From a virus (lineage: Duplodnaviria; Caudoviricetes), in IMG/VR virus record IMGVR_UViG_3300037467_000692, positions 1 to 41,714 of that record: a stretch of 41,714 nt of DNA, one strand, 5' to 3'. Below are positions 1 through 8,246 of this stretch, one piece after another; the stretch's first letter is position 1; the number at the start of each line of letters is the position of its first letter. The notes below the pieces were generated by a model. The model did not search any database and was not told the DNA's origin. It saw only the letters and a program-made list of their open reading frames with translations. Made by a program: the position numbers and the translations under genes.

Positions 1-22
1 TCTTTGATACGGTCCCCGGTTG

Positions 23-682
23 TCATTTGCAGGCGATGCCGGGGATCGCCTGCTCACATACGCCGGCCGCTTGAGCGTCGACGTACGGCCGAACCGGCTC
101 CGGCTGCGGTGCAGGTGCCACCGGGGCAGCGATCGCCGGCTGTGCGCCGAATGCGGCCGAGAAGCTCGCCACTGCCGCGTCGAACAAGGTGCGGGCTTGG
201 CTGTTGGGCGGCAAGTGCTCGGTCATCTTGCTGAGCAGGATTTCGCGCTGGTGCGTACGCTCAACTTCTTGCAGGGTATCGTTGAACTTGGCTTCGGCTT
301 CCAGGATGGCGTTGTACGGCGCCATATCCACGCGCTGGACAATCCACTTGTAGTCGAAGTCCGCGTCCACGTCAATGCGCGGGGTTTCGTCCAAACGGTG
401 CACCACGGCGATCGTCAGACCGGTGTGGCTGTTCTGGCTTTCCACAATGACACGGTCACCCGGCTTGAGATCGCGGTCTTTGGTCTTGTACGTGTAAGTC
501 CGTGGAGTCGGCGTTTGCGCCTGCATATTCGGATTCCAAACTCGAGTATCCTCGGCCCACGGTGCCGGGGCTGCACCACGCGCCTTAGGAACAGCAGCTT
601 CCACACCATTGTGGTCAGCGAAGTACACGTTGACGGTCGTATAGCCGGTCTGCAGCAGCGACAACATATGTTTCTGTTTCAT
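23..682 (-). CDS. Hypothetical phage protein (219 aa), Pro/Ala-rich C-terminus
   Basis: AAGGA RBS, ATGA overlap with the upstream RNase H-like gene. Confidence 0.8.
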   Translation of the reverse strand: MKQKHMLSLLQTGYTTVNVYFADHNGVEAAVPKARGAAPAPWAEDTRVWNPNMQAQTPTPRTYTYKTKDRDLKPGDRVIVESQNSHTGLTIAVVHRLDETPRIDVDADFDYKWIVQRVDMAPYNAILEAEAKFNDTLQEVERTHQREILLSKMTEHLPPNSQARTLFDAAVASFSAAFGAQPAIAAPVAPAPQPEPVRPYVDAQAAGVCEQAIPGIACK

Positions 683-1167
683 TTGGATTCCTTGTTATTA
701 AGATAAAATTCGTGACGGGCGCGGCGCATGGCGCGCTTGGCAAACTCATCACACTTGTTGTTGATATACAGGCGGGGTTGCTTCCCGTCCGTATGCCCCT
801 TGACGTGTCTGTAGGCTACGGCAACCTGCGCTTTGTCTATCAGATCTGTCATGTACCGCACTAGAACAACTTCTTCAGGCTTGCGCTCGTTGTACTTTGG
901 CGCCTGCCCGCTAAACAAACGGATAGCGTCTTGGCAGTCCGTTTGCAACAGCACCCTGTCGCCCGGCTGTACAAGATTGCTTTTGCACGCTTGGTGCAGG
1001 GCGTTGACAAGGGCCATCATCTCGGCCGCAGTGCTGCTAACCACAGAGGTACGGAATGCGCCGCTGCCGCCTTGCTTGCCGCGATCCGACGCAATCCAGA
1101 AGCCATAACCGCCAACGTGCGTATTAGGGCACCAAGAAGCGTCGGCGATAATGGTCACACTTGCCAT
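679..1167 (-). CDS. Ribonuclease HI-like protein
   Basis: RNase H catalytic pattern: IIADASW (D), AAEMMAL (E), LQTDCQ (D), HVKGH, NNKCDEFAK (N..D). Confidence 0.88.
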   Translation of the reverse strand: MASVTIIADASWCPNTHVGGYGFWIASDRGKQGGSGAFRTSVVSSTAAEMMALVNALHQACKSNLVQPGDRVLLQTDCQDAIRLFSGQAPKYNERKPEEVVLVRYMTDLIDKAQVAVAYRHVKGHTDGKQPRLYINNKCDEFAKRAMRRARHEFYLNNKESK

Positions 1168-1169
1168 CT

Positions 1170-1589
1170 TTACTTCGCCGCTTTCGGCGGTTTGATGTCA
1201 AGCTCCGGCGAGCCATCTTTGATAGTCAAGCACTGGTCAAACAGCTTGCGCTGTTCCTCGGTCAGCTCGCGGTACGCCTTGGTATTGAGCTCGGGCTTCA
1301 TGCGGATCAGGTTGTTCATTGGCACACCTTGCTTGCACAGATCGTCCCACATGGCACGCATGACCGGCTCGTCCACCGAGCGGTTAATCTTGTGAACGCC
1401 GTTCAGGCGGTAGCCGTCGTCCAGCGTGTACCAGTTGCCGCTGCCTTCTTTCGGCGCCTTGAAAAAGTGCGTAAAGATGCGCTTGCGCAGCAGCATTTCG
1501 GACGCTTGCAGGGCAATGAGGTCCTTCTTTTTACGGAACCATTCCGCAACGGTTCCGAGGTTCACTTCTGGTTCAGGAATCAGCGTCAT
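1170..1589 (-). CDS. Hypothetical phage replication-module protein (139 aa)
   Basis: AAGGAG RBS before ATG at 1589; packed into the operon. Confidence 0.75.
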   Translation of the reverse strand: MTLIPEPEVNLGTVAEWFRKKKDLIALQASEMLLRKRIFTHFFKAPKEGSGNWYTLDDGYRLNGVHKINRSVDEPVMRAMWDDLCKQGVPMNNLIRMKPELNTKAYRELTEEQRKLFDQCLTIKDGSPELDIKPPKAAK

Positions 1590-1643
1590 AAACACTCCTT
1601 GTTGAAAACGCGCGCCCGTGTTAGCAGGCGCGCACCGTAGCCA

Positions 1644-2297
1644 TTAGGCCGACGCGCCGCCGGACAGCGCGTCGGCAATCGAGATGATCTTGTCGGCCAC
1701 AGTTCCCGGCTGGAATTCGTCCGCCTTGTCAGCGCGGGCAATGGCGTCAGCGTTGCTGTACACGCCGTCAGGGAAGCGGATGGCCAGCTTTTCCGCGTTG
1801 CGCTTGCAGATGTGGTCGTCAGAGAAGCCCATGAAGAACAGCACGTCCTGATATGCGGCCATGGCGCCTTCCATTTGCTCCAGCAGGTCACGTGCGTCAA
1901 CTTCCTTGCCGTAGATCCAAGCCTTTTTCGACAGGTCGAGGATTGCGCCGCTGTGGATAATCACGTTTTCTACAGCGAACGTCAGCCCGCCAGTGCTGCC
2001 CGGCATCGGCAGAACAAAGCTGTCGTATTCCCAACCGTAGATGTTCCAGACCTTCTGCGTGTAGAAGCGCCAGTCGCCGAGCTCCAGCGCGAAGTTGTCC
2101 AGGTCCGCGCCTGCCAGCGTATGCAACGGCTTGTTGCGCCACAGACGGAACAGGTCCAGAATTTCCGCCGTCTCGCCGGCCATTCCGGTCGTCGCGTGGT
2201 GCAGGGTGAGCTCGTCGGTCTCGAGCTTTTTGAACAGGTTTTCCACCATCTGCTGGTATGCGACGAACGCGGGCTGGACTTGGTTGTTAGCTTGCAT
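1644..2297 (-). CDS. mazG: MazG-like nucleotide pyrophosphohydrolase, apparently internally duplicated
   Basis: GMAGETAEILD...LELGD acidic motif; C-terminal NAEKLAIRFPDG.YS...ARADK typical of phage MazG-like proteins. Confidence 0.75.
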   Translation of the reverse strand: MQANNQVQPAFVAYQQMVENLFKKLETDELTLHHATTGMAGETAEILDLFRLWRNKPLHTLAGADLDNFALELGDWRFYTQKVWNIYGWEYDSFVLPMPGSTGGLTFAVENVIIHSGAILDLSKKAWIYGKEVDARDLLEQMEGAMAAYQDVLFFMGFSDDHICKRNAEKLAIRFPDGVYSNADAIARADKADEFQPGTVADKIISIADALSGGASA

Positions 2298-2404
2298 TAT
2301 CAGGATCTCCTAGTAAATGCGGGTTGTTGTTAGTAAAAGGCGCGGCGTTTTTGCGTTGCGCCCAGTTAATATAGCTTAACTGCAAGTGTCCGTAACACAA
2401 ATAA

Positions 2405-4813
2405 TTACGGACTGTTGTTGCGCCTACCCCGGCTTGCGGGAAGCGACATCACACGGTAAGCCTTACCGTGGAAATTGTGTTCAGCGGCCAACTTAGCACG
2501 ATCGCATTCAGCCAAGTAACCGCTGTCGCACAGGCTGCGCAGGGTGGCATCCATGGCGAACGTTGCGCCGTTGCGGTGGTTCGAGAACGCCGTAACGCGG
2601 GCCAGCTTAATCTGGAGCACCTTGCGCGGTATGATGCCGGCCTTGCGCAACGCGTCAGGTATTTTGTAACTGTCAGGAACACCGCTCTCAAGGTACTCCT
2701 TAACTGTGGCCATCAGTTTCGTCTCGCACACAGCGTCGCCTGTACCGATGTCACCCTCGTCCAACCTGCGCTGGAACATGGCAATGTCGCGGCTAATCAG
2801 ATCAATGGCCCAAGACACATGCTGAGGGTACACCACGGGAACTAAATGGTTGTCGGCCACGGCCAACAGGCCGGCAATGCGCATAGCCTTGAGGTGTGCG
2901 CGGTTCCACATCTGGCGTTGACTTTCGTCGTCACCTGCCGCACGAATGTTGCCGTCGCAGAACTTGTTGAACTCGTCCAACGTCTGCCAAGCCTGCGCTT
3001 CAAACTGAACATCACTTTTGTTAGTTCTGTCCAGAATAGTAATAGCCTGCACAACAAGCTGGTGCAACGCTTGTGCCAGCCCTTGGTCCATGCGTGTAAT
3101 CGGATTCGGATTCGGATCTGGCCGCTCACCGGCGTACTCAATGATTGTGAAACGCGAAAGGAAGCCGTCTTCCATCATCGTTTCGGTCAGGGAGTTAAAG
3201 AAGGTCTTAGGCGTCGTCTCGCCAATCATGCTGTACGCAACGCCAGACACGGACGCGACGTTTTTATCCTTGTCTGAATAACCTAAGCCGGCAACAACAG
3301 ACGTAGGTCCGGACTTCTGGTACAGGTTGGTCATTACCGTGCGCAGGGAATGCATTGCGGCGTCTCGGCCATCCTCGCGCGCCAAGCGCTCCAGTTTTTT
3401 ACCAAACTCGCCCGACACGTTGACAAACGACAAGTTCGACGCGCAAGCCTTTTGCAGCGCAGGGCCAGACACGAAATCCGTGAAGTCAACGAAGCGCTGC
3501 ACAGGCGGGATCGACTCCCGCAGCTCAGCAAGGATGCCACCGATACCGCTGTGCATGGCTTCCTTACCAATTGCCGACCGCGCGACCAGCACAATATACA
3601 GGTTGAGACCTGAGCCCGGTATCTGGTACGCCTTGCCGCACACGCCGGCCAAGAATCCCAGCGCGGACACGATAGCGACCTCTTTAACCGGACGCGGCGC
3701 CGACTGGTATATATGCCATGAGATAGCGCCAGCCAAGCCGGGGGGCCAATCAATGCCCGTGGCAGGCGGCTGCGGCCCCACAGCGGCGCTTGCGGTTACG
3801 GGCTGGGGTATGTCGCCCACAGGAGCCGCGTTCGCCGCTATGGCCTGTTGTTGCAGCTCCTGCACCAACGACGCCGCCATGGCTTTGGATTGTTCATCCA
3901 TTGCCGCCTCGCGTGCCTGCCGGCTGCGAATAAGGCGCAGCGTCAAGTTCAGGTAGCGGTCGTCCTTTTGCGCCTTGTCGCGCTTGCCCAGCCCGGTCAT
4001 GCGGAACAGGCGCCGGCATTGTTCGTTTGACTTGCTGTAGAACGTGAAGATGGACATGAGCGCAAGGTCCGCGTCCGACTGCGACTCGTAGCCCATAGCA
4101 CGATATGAACCGTCGCGCGCCTTGGGCTTGCTATCCGACGTGCATGCGCACAGTGCATTGAACTTTTCGCCATTGGCTGCGTTCATGGCGCGCTCAAACA
4201 CTTCCTCGTCCGTGTCCACTTCGTCGAGCTCCACAAGCTCCAGTTGGCCGCCCTTGTTGGCGCCTTGGCGCATGCGGATCTCTGCCACCAGCGAATCCAG
4301 ATACTCCTGCCGGTAGTCGATGGGCTTGTCCAACACGACAACGCCAGTACACACAATGAAGCGTTCCTGGGAATACACTTCCACACCGTCGTACTTGCAA
4401 CCCTCGCCAATCTTACCGCGCACCCATATGTGCAGGCCCTGCATACTGCGCGACTTTTCCGTGTAGCTGTCGAACGCGCAGGCGATGCGCCAGAAGCGGT
4501 CAATCTGCGCTTGCGTGGTCCACAGGTGTGGCTCGTTAGGGGCGTTGAACTGGTTCTTAACGTCCATGTCGATGCACGCATATGCGTCATCCGCGGTCAG
4601 CACGTAGCCGATACCAAGGCCGTACGCGGACGCCAGTTCGCAAGCGGTCTCGAAGTCATACCACTGCGACGGGTCCGTGTTGCTGGCCGGCTTAATGTGG
4701 CCATTGTGAAGACGCGCAGGGACTTTAAGTTCACCTTCTTCGTTGGGCATGGCCAGCAGCCATTGCCGCGCCCACTTTAGTTCTTCTGGAATGTTGTCCC
4801 AAGTTGGATTCAT
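2405..4813 (-). CDS. Primase-polymerase (AEP-type) fused to a helicase-like (DUF3987-like) domain
   Basis: N-terminal CIDMD, EKSRSMQGLHIW, VEVYSQERF; SQSDADLAL accessory segment; P-loop-like ARSAIGKE and GFLSRF in the C-terminal half. Confidence 0.85.
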   Translation of the reverse strand: MNPTWDNIPEELKWARQWLLAMPNEEGELKVPARLHNGHIKPASNTDPSQWYDFETACELASAYGLGIGYVLTADDAYACIDMDVKNQFNAPNEPHLWTTQAQIDRFWRIACAFDSYTEKSRSMQGLHIWVRGKIGEGCKYDGVEVYSQERFIVCTGVVVLDKPIDYRQEYLDSLVAEIRMRQGANKGGQLELVELDEVDTDEEVFERAMNAANGEKFNALCACTSDSKPKARDGSYRAMGYESQSDADLALMSIFTFYSKSNEQCRRLFRMTGLGKRDKAQKDDRYLNLTLRLIRSRQAREAAMDEQSKAMAASLVQELQQQAIAANAAPVGDIPQPVTASAAVGPQPPATGIDWPPGLAGAISWHIYQSAPRPVKEVAIVSALGFLAGVCGKAYQIPGSGLNLYIVLVARSAIGKEAMHSGIGGILAELRESIPPVQRFVDFTDFVSGPALQKACASNLSFVNVSGEFGKKLERLAREDGRDAAMHSLRTVMTNLYQKSGPTSVVAGLGYSDKDKNVASVSGVAYSMIGETTPKTFFNSLTETMMEDGFLSRFTIIEYAGERPDPNPNPITRMDQGLAQALHQLVVQAITILDRTNKSDVQFEAQAWQTLDEFNKFCDGNIRAAGDDESQRQMWNRAHLKAMRIAGLLAVADNHLVPVVYPQHVSWAIDLISRDIAMFQRRLDEGDIGTGDAVCETKLMATVKEYLESGVPDSYKIPDALRKAGIIPRKVLQIKLARVTAFSNHRNGATFAMDATLRSLCDSGYLAECDRAKLAAEHNFHGKAYRVMSLPASRGRRNNSP

Positions 4814-4825
4814 TGTTGCTCCGTG

Positions 4826-5308
4826 TTACAGCGTCCACCACTCCGCTTTACGCATGCGCTTGGTCATGCCCTTTTCCAGCATCATATGCATGCCGTAATC
4901 GTGGCACACAAACGCACCCTTTGGATTGCGCACATCGAACACGTCGTCAACGAACACGTTCCCGTTAGTGAGCACACCAAAGTTGTCCAGCTTGAGGTCG
5001 GTAAAGAACGCCGGCACCTTGTCAGGGTAATAGGTTGGCCGGCTAGTGCGACGCTGCACCAGCACGCGGCCGTTAGGGCTGATGGCCACACATGGCGCGA
5101 AGTACTGCGCAAGGTCTGTGTGCTTGACGCGCTCCCACGTCTGCCATTCGGTAATGTTCTGGAAGCTGTAGTCACCCGTCTCAACTTTGATAACAACCTT
5201 ACCGTCGAAGTTGTGTTCGTACACCTTGCGGGCAGCGCCTTCGCCAAGCACCTTGCCGCAGAACAGGTTGTAGAAGTCAGTCAGCACGCTTTCCGGTGGG
5301 TTAGTCAT
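4826..5308 (-). CDS. Minimal protein-kinase-like protein (160 aa)
   Basis: LGEGAARKVY (Gly loop), VVIKV (Lys), NITEW (Glu), DLKLDNFG (catalytic loop), CHDYG (DFG equivalent); ATG at 5308 overlaps the upstream stop (ATGA). Confidence 0.78.
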   Translation of the reverse strand: MTNPPESVLTDFYNLFCGKVLGEGAARKVYEHNFDGKVVIKVETGDYSFQNITEWQTWERVKHTDLAQYFAPCVAISPNGRVLVQRRTSRPTYYPDKVPAFFTDLKLDNFGVLTNGNVFVDDVFDVRNPKGAFVCHDYGMHMMLEKGMTKRMRKAEWWTL

Positions 5309-5493
5309 TGGTTGCCCTTGTAAAAGTTGTTGAGCAGGTCGCGGATCAGTACCGCGCTGGCCTTGTCGGTGCACGTTGCCTTGACAGCGTACGTGCCGGG
5401 CTCGCGGCCAAGCGTGTGCGTGTCCTGGACTTCGATGTACACAGGAAGGAGTTCCCGTAGTTGGAAGCGGTCGTGTACGGAATGGGCGCTCAT
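5305..5493 (-). CDS. Hypothetical protein (62 aa)
   Basis: ATGA overlaps at both ends. Confidence 0.7.
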   Translation of the reverse strand: MSAHSVHDRFQLRELLPVYIEVQDTHTLGREPGTYAVKATCTDKASAVLIRDLLNNFYKGNQ

Positions 5494-5972
5494 TTGAGTG
5501 ACTCCGGAATGGCAAAGATGGTCTCGACGTTGTACACATCGAACCCGTTGTCCTTGCAGTAGTACGGCTTAGGGGTGACGGGGCCGCCAACGGTTGGGCA
5601 CCACAGAACTTCGAGACCGTATTCACCGACCTTGGCGACAACACAGTGGCAGCAGTCGTAACGCGGGCTCTGCACTGTCAGCAGGAACGGCAGGCCGCCA
5701 GTTGCCAGCTTAATACACTCAGTCGTGTAACCCTGATTGGCCGCAAACGTGTTCACGGTCATTGTAAGGCCGCGCGACTTCAGCCAAGCCAGAACAGCAA
5801 TGCGGGTGTGCTCGCCTTCGTTGTGGTGGCCTGCAAGAATACTGTCCTGAACAAAGTGCGGCACGTCCAGGGCATCCATGCCCAGCAGGATTGCAATACA
5901 GGTGCGGTAGCAATCACCGTAGATGCCGGCTTCGGGGTTGTACCCCATGATTGTCTGCAATTGGAATCTCAT
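5490..5972 (-). CDS. Hypothetical protein, possible papain-like (C39-type) cysteine peptidase fold (160 aa)
   Basis: GDCYRTCIA..L, VPHF, HCVV, LWCP pattern; ATG at 5972 overlaps the upstream stop. Confidence 0.55.
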   Translation of the reverse strand: MRFQLQTIMGYNPEAGIYGDCYRTCIAILLGMDALDVPHFVQDSILAGHHNEGEHTRIAVLAWLKSRGLTMTVNTFAANQGYTTECIKLATGGLPFLLTVQSPRYDCCHCVVAKVGEYGLEVLWCPTVGGPVTPKPYYCKDNGFDVYNVETIFAIPESLK

Positions 5973-6547
5973 TCGTCCAACCTCTTCGGTTCCAGGAACG
6001 GGTTGCTGGTGCCCAGCGGGATAACGACAGTTTCGCCGCGACGCAACTTCACTGACGTCTCCCATGCCTTGAGGTACGGCTCAACTTCTTTGCGCTCCCA
6101 GATGTAGATCTGGCCGTCGTTGACGCACACAGGTTCGGGCAACACACCACGGCGGCGGGCGTGCATAACGGCCGGGCGGCTGACGCCAAGGCGTTCGCCA
6201 ATCTCGAGGCTGGAGATGTACAGGGCGTCAAAGCGCTCCTGAGCGGTGGTAGGCTCCGGGTTGAGAAGCTCCTGAATAGCGCTGCGCCAGCCGTTGGTCG
6301 GATCGCCGCACTTGTGCACGGTGCCCAGCGGGAAACCGCAAGCGCCAACAGGGCCGGCTTTGTCAGCGGCAGGGTGCAGGGGCGAGAAACACGCTTCAAT
6401 GCCGACGCGGCAACCGCAAGCGTGCTGTGCCATCACTTCGGCCATGTGGGGCGGCAGGTCAACAACGCTTTCTGGTGCCTTTAGGCACGGGCCATCGGTG
6501 AGGCAGCGAATGCAATCGCCGCACCGGTTAGTCGTTGGATTGTTCAT
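5969..6547 (-). CDS. DNA-binding protein: Cys-rich N-terminus plus AlpA/excisionase-like HTH
   Basis: YISSLEIGERLGVSRPAVMHARRRGVLPEP...IWERKEV; CGDCIRC and other Cys clusters at the N-terminus. Confidence 0.75.
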   Translation of the reverse strand: MNNPTTNRCGDCIRCLTDGPCLKAPESVVDLPPHMAEVMAQHACGCRVGIEACFSPLHPAADKAGPVGACGFPLGTVHKCGDPTNGWRSAIQELLNPEPTTAQERFDALYISSLEIGERLGVSRPAVMHARRRGVLPEPVCVNDGQIYIWERKEVEPYLKAWETSVKLRRGETVVIPLGTSNPFLEPKRLDE

Positions 6548-6578
6548 TGGTGGCTCACTGTGGTTAGGGCAAAGCGCT

Positions 6579-6607
6579 ATTATGTACGTGCGGTTAAACA
6601 GTCACAA
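6579..6607 (-). promoter_or_regulatory. Putative sigma70-type promoter
   Basis: TTGTGA-N17-CATAAT on the minus strand in the gap before the HTH gene. Confidence 0.45.
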
Positions 6608-6853
6608 CACGTCTTTGTTGCAGTATTCCTTAAAGCGCTCCAGCACCCAGCTAGGCCCGGTAGGGTTGGAGACGATGATAACCGGCACAGGCTTGCGTGT
6701 TATGCGGCCAAACCATTGCGGAGGCCAACCTTCGAACATGGACAACGCTTGGCCGGGATACAGGAGCGACCGAACGTCGCTTTCAAAGTCAACGACCAGC
6801 CGCATAACGTGTGGTGCCCACTTGCGCCGACAGGCTCGTGTACGCATCTTCAT
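6602..6853 (-). CDS. Hypothetical protein (83 aa)
   Basis: GAGG RBS, ATGA overlap with the upstream ORF. Confidence 0.65.
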   Translation of the reverse strand: MKMRTRACRRKWAPHVMRLVVDFESDVRSLLYPGQALSMFEGWPPQWFGRITRKPVPVIIVSNPTGPSWVLERFKEYCNKDVL

Positions 6854-7059
6854 TTGCCACCTCGGATCGTATTGAACATCTCGGCCGTGTATTCACGCGT
6901 TACCGTGTGGTACTCGGTCAGCAGGTTGTGCGCGTGCCGTTGCAAGTGCTCGACGTCAGCAGTACCCATCATAAGCGCAGCGTCGATAAGCTTATGTGAC
7001 GCGTCCAATTGACACAGGATGCCGTTGCGCTTGAGCGCCAGTTGTTGAAGCTTAGTCAT
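6850..7059 (-). CDS. Hypothetical protein (69 aa)
   Basis: Translationally coupled at both ends. Confidence 0.65.
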   Translation of the reverse strand: MTKLQQLALKRNGILCQLDASHKLIDAALMMGTADVEHLQRHAHNLLTEYHTVTREYTAEMFNTIRGGK

Positions 7060-7133
7060 TATTTAGCCTTCCACAGAATCCAGATAAAGCATCCGGCAAC
7101 AGCGCAGGCCCACACGCCATAAATGATGTCCAT
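7059..7133 (-). CDS. 24-aa single-pass membrane peptide MDIIYGVWACAVAGCFIWILWKAK (below the ORF-track cutoff)
   Basis: GGAG RBS upstream, TAATG overlap with the next gene, fills the gap exactly; hydrophobic core and basic tail. Confidence 0.65.
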   Translation of the reverse strand: MDIIYGVWACAVAGCFIWILWKAK

Positions 7134-7136
7134 GTT

Positions 7137-7352
7137 CTACTCCACGTGATCACGTAAGCCAATGAGATCGCCCAAGCCAACGCGGACGCTACCGGCGCCA
7201 GCGTAACCGCACTTGTGGAACGCAAGCGCGTGCTGTGCACGAGCCACCATTACCAGAAAATCGCCTTCTGACTGGTCAAGGTTAAGGCGCACAGGTTTAG
7301 TGAACGTGTTCGTGCACGCACGACACCTATATACGAGACGTAAGGCGTCCAT
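7137..7352 (-). CDS. Small putative zinc-binding protein (71 aa)
   Basis: CRAC...HKC ligand pattern; ATG directly after the upstream stop. Confidence 0.6.
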   Translation of the reverse strand: MDALRLVYRCRACTNTFTKPVRLNLDQSEGDFLVMVARAQHALAFHKCGYAGAGSVRVGLGDLIGLRDHVE

Positions 7353-7353
7353 T

Positions 7354-7797
7354 TTAATAGCCTTGAGCTTTGATGCGTTGGTATTCAGCGCGCGCTGCCG
7401 CCACCTTGGCATCACATTCAGTAACCACACGCGTACGTTCGGCAACAGCCGTGCGCCACGCTTGGTTAGCTTCAAACACTGCGCGTTCATGCGCCTGCTT
7501 GCGCTCCATGCGTGCAGCGCTTTTAACCGGGTCGTACCGCTCAGCCTTGGCACGGTCAGCGTCTTCGATAGCCTTGCGCTGCGCACGCTCTGCGTTTAGC
7601 AACTCCCAGTGCCGAATAACCTTGTCTGGAGTGTCCAGCAAACCGAGGCCGGGGTATGCGCTGGTGGTGCCCAGCAGACTCTTTTGGTCAGCTGACAGGC
7701 CGCAGTTTGGTGGGAACGGATCGTCCTGCGCGGTGGGTAAAGTGGCAGGCATACCGGCCGGGTCGTACTGTGCTGCGTCGAAGTTGATTTGTGCCAT
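7354..7797 (-). CDS. Hypothetical protein with coiled-coil C-terminus (147 aa); first gene of the leftward operon
   Basis: AAGG RBS; helical Ala/Arg/Glu-rich C-terminal half. Confidence 0.75.
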   Translation of the reverse strand: MAQINFDAAQYDPAGMPATLPTAQDDPFPPNCGLSADQKSLLGTTSAYPGLGLLDTPDKVIRHWELLNAERAQRKAIEDADRAKAERYDPVKSAARMERKQAHERAVFEANQAWRTAVAERTRVVTECDAKVAAARAEYQRIKAQGY

Positions 7798-7824
7798 GGT
7801 GAAGAACCTTTAAAAGTGGGTTGT

Positions 7825-8203
7825 GTTAATTAGGTTTATGCATAGGTGTATTTTAGGTTATTCTGTGCAGTGAATAAAACAAAGACTAGCGAATGTTGCA
7901 CCGGGCACCACATAACACCCGATAAAGCACCGAAAAGGGGTGGTGCAGGTTAATTATAAAAATGGTGGGGTATAAATGAAATTAACATTGGTGCCAGCAC
8001 CGACAGAAATTAACATAAACGCCTATATACCTGTGTGTGCGAAATATATAAAAGAAAAACCACACACACCGATATTCATATGTTAATTGTTAATGTAGTG
8101 TGTATATAGTGCTATAAGTACTTGTTTTATAAGGGCTTTTTCAAAATTTTGCGTAAACATTGCATTAACCGAACTTGTTAATGCCCTATGGCAGCGCATT
8201 AAC
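7825..8203. repeat. AT-rich non-coding region with nine ATTAAC/GTTAAT hexamers; candidate origin or operator array
   Basis: Copies at 7825, 7949, 7981, 8009, 8082, 8089, 8164, 8177, 8198 in both orientations. Confidence 0.6.
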
Positions 8204-8221
8204 ACTGTATGCATTCACAGT
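8204..8221. promoter_or_regulatory. LexA (SOS) box-like palindrome ACTGTATGCATTCACAGT
   Basis: Matches the beta/gamma-proteobacterial CTGT-N8-ACAG consensus with an AT-rich core. Confidence 0.65.
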
Positions 8222-8246
8222 AGTGACGCCATCACTTCACTGACAA
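8217..8246 (-). promoter_or_regulatory. Putative leftward promoter overlapping the SOS box
   Basis: TTGTCA-N18-TACTGT on the minus strand. Confidence 0.4.

Noticed and set aside
2335-2363. Terminator for the leftward operon after the primase gene
   Set aside because: The stem depends on G:U pairs that form only on the plus strand; on the coding (minus) strand they become A:C mismatches.
5309-5644. N-terminal extension of the kinase-like ORF
   Set aside because: It overlaps two better-supported coupled genes; the ATGA overlap places the start at 5308.
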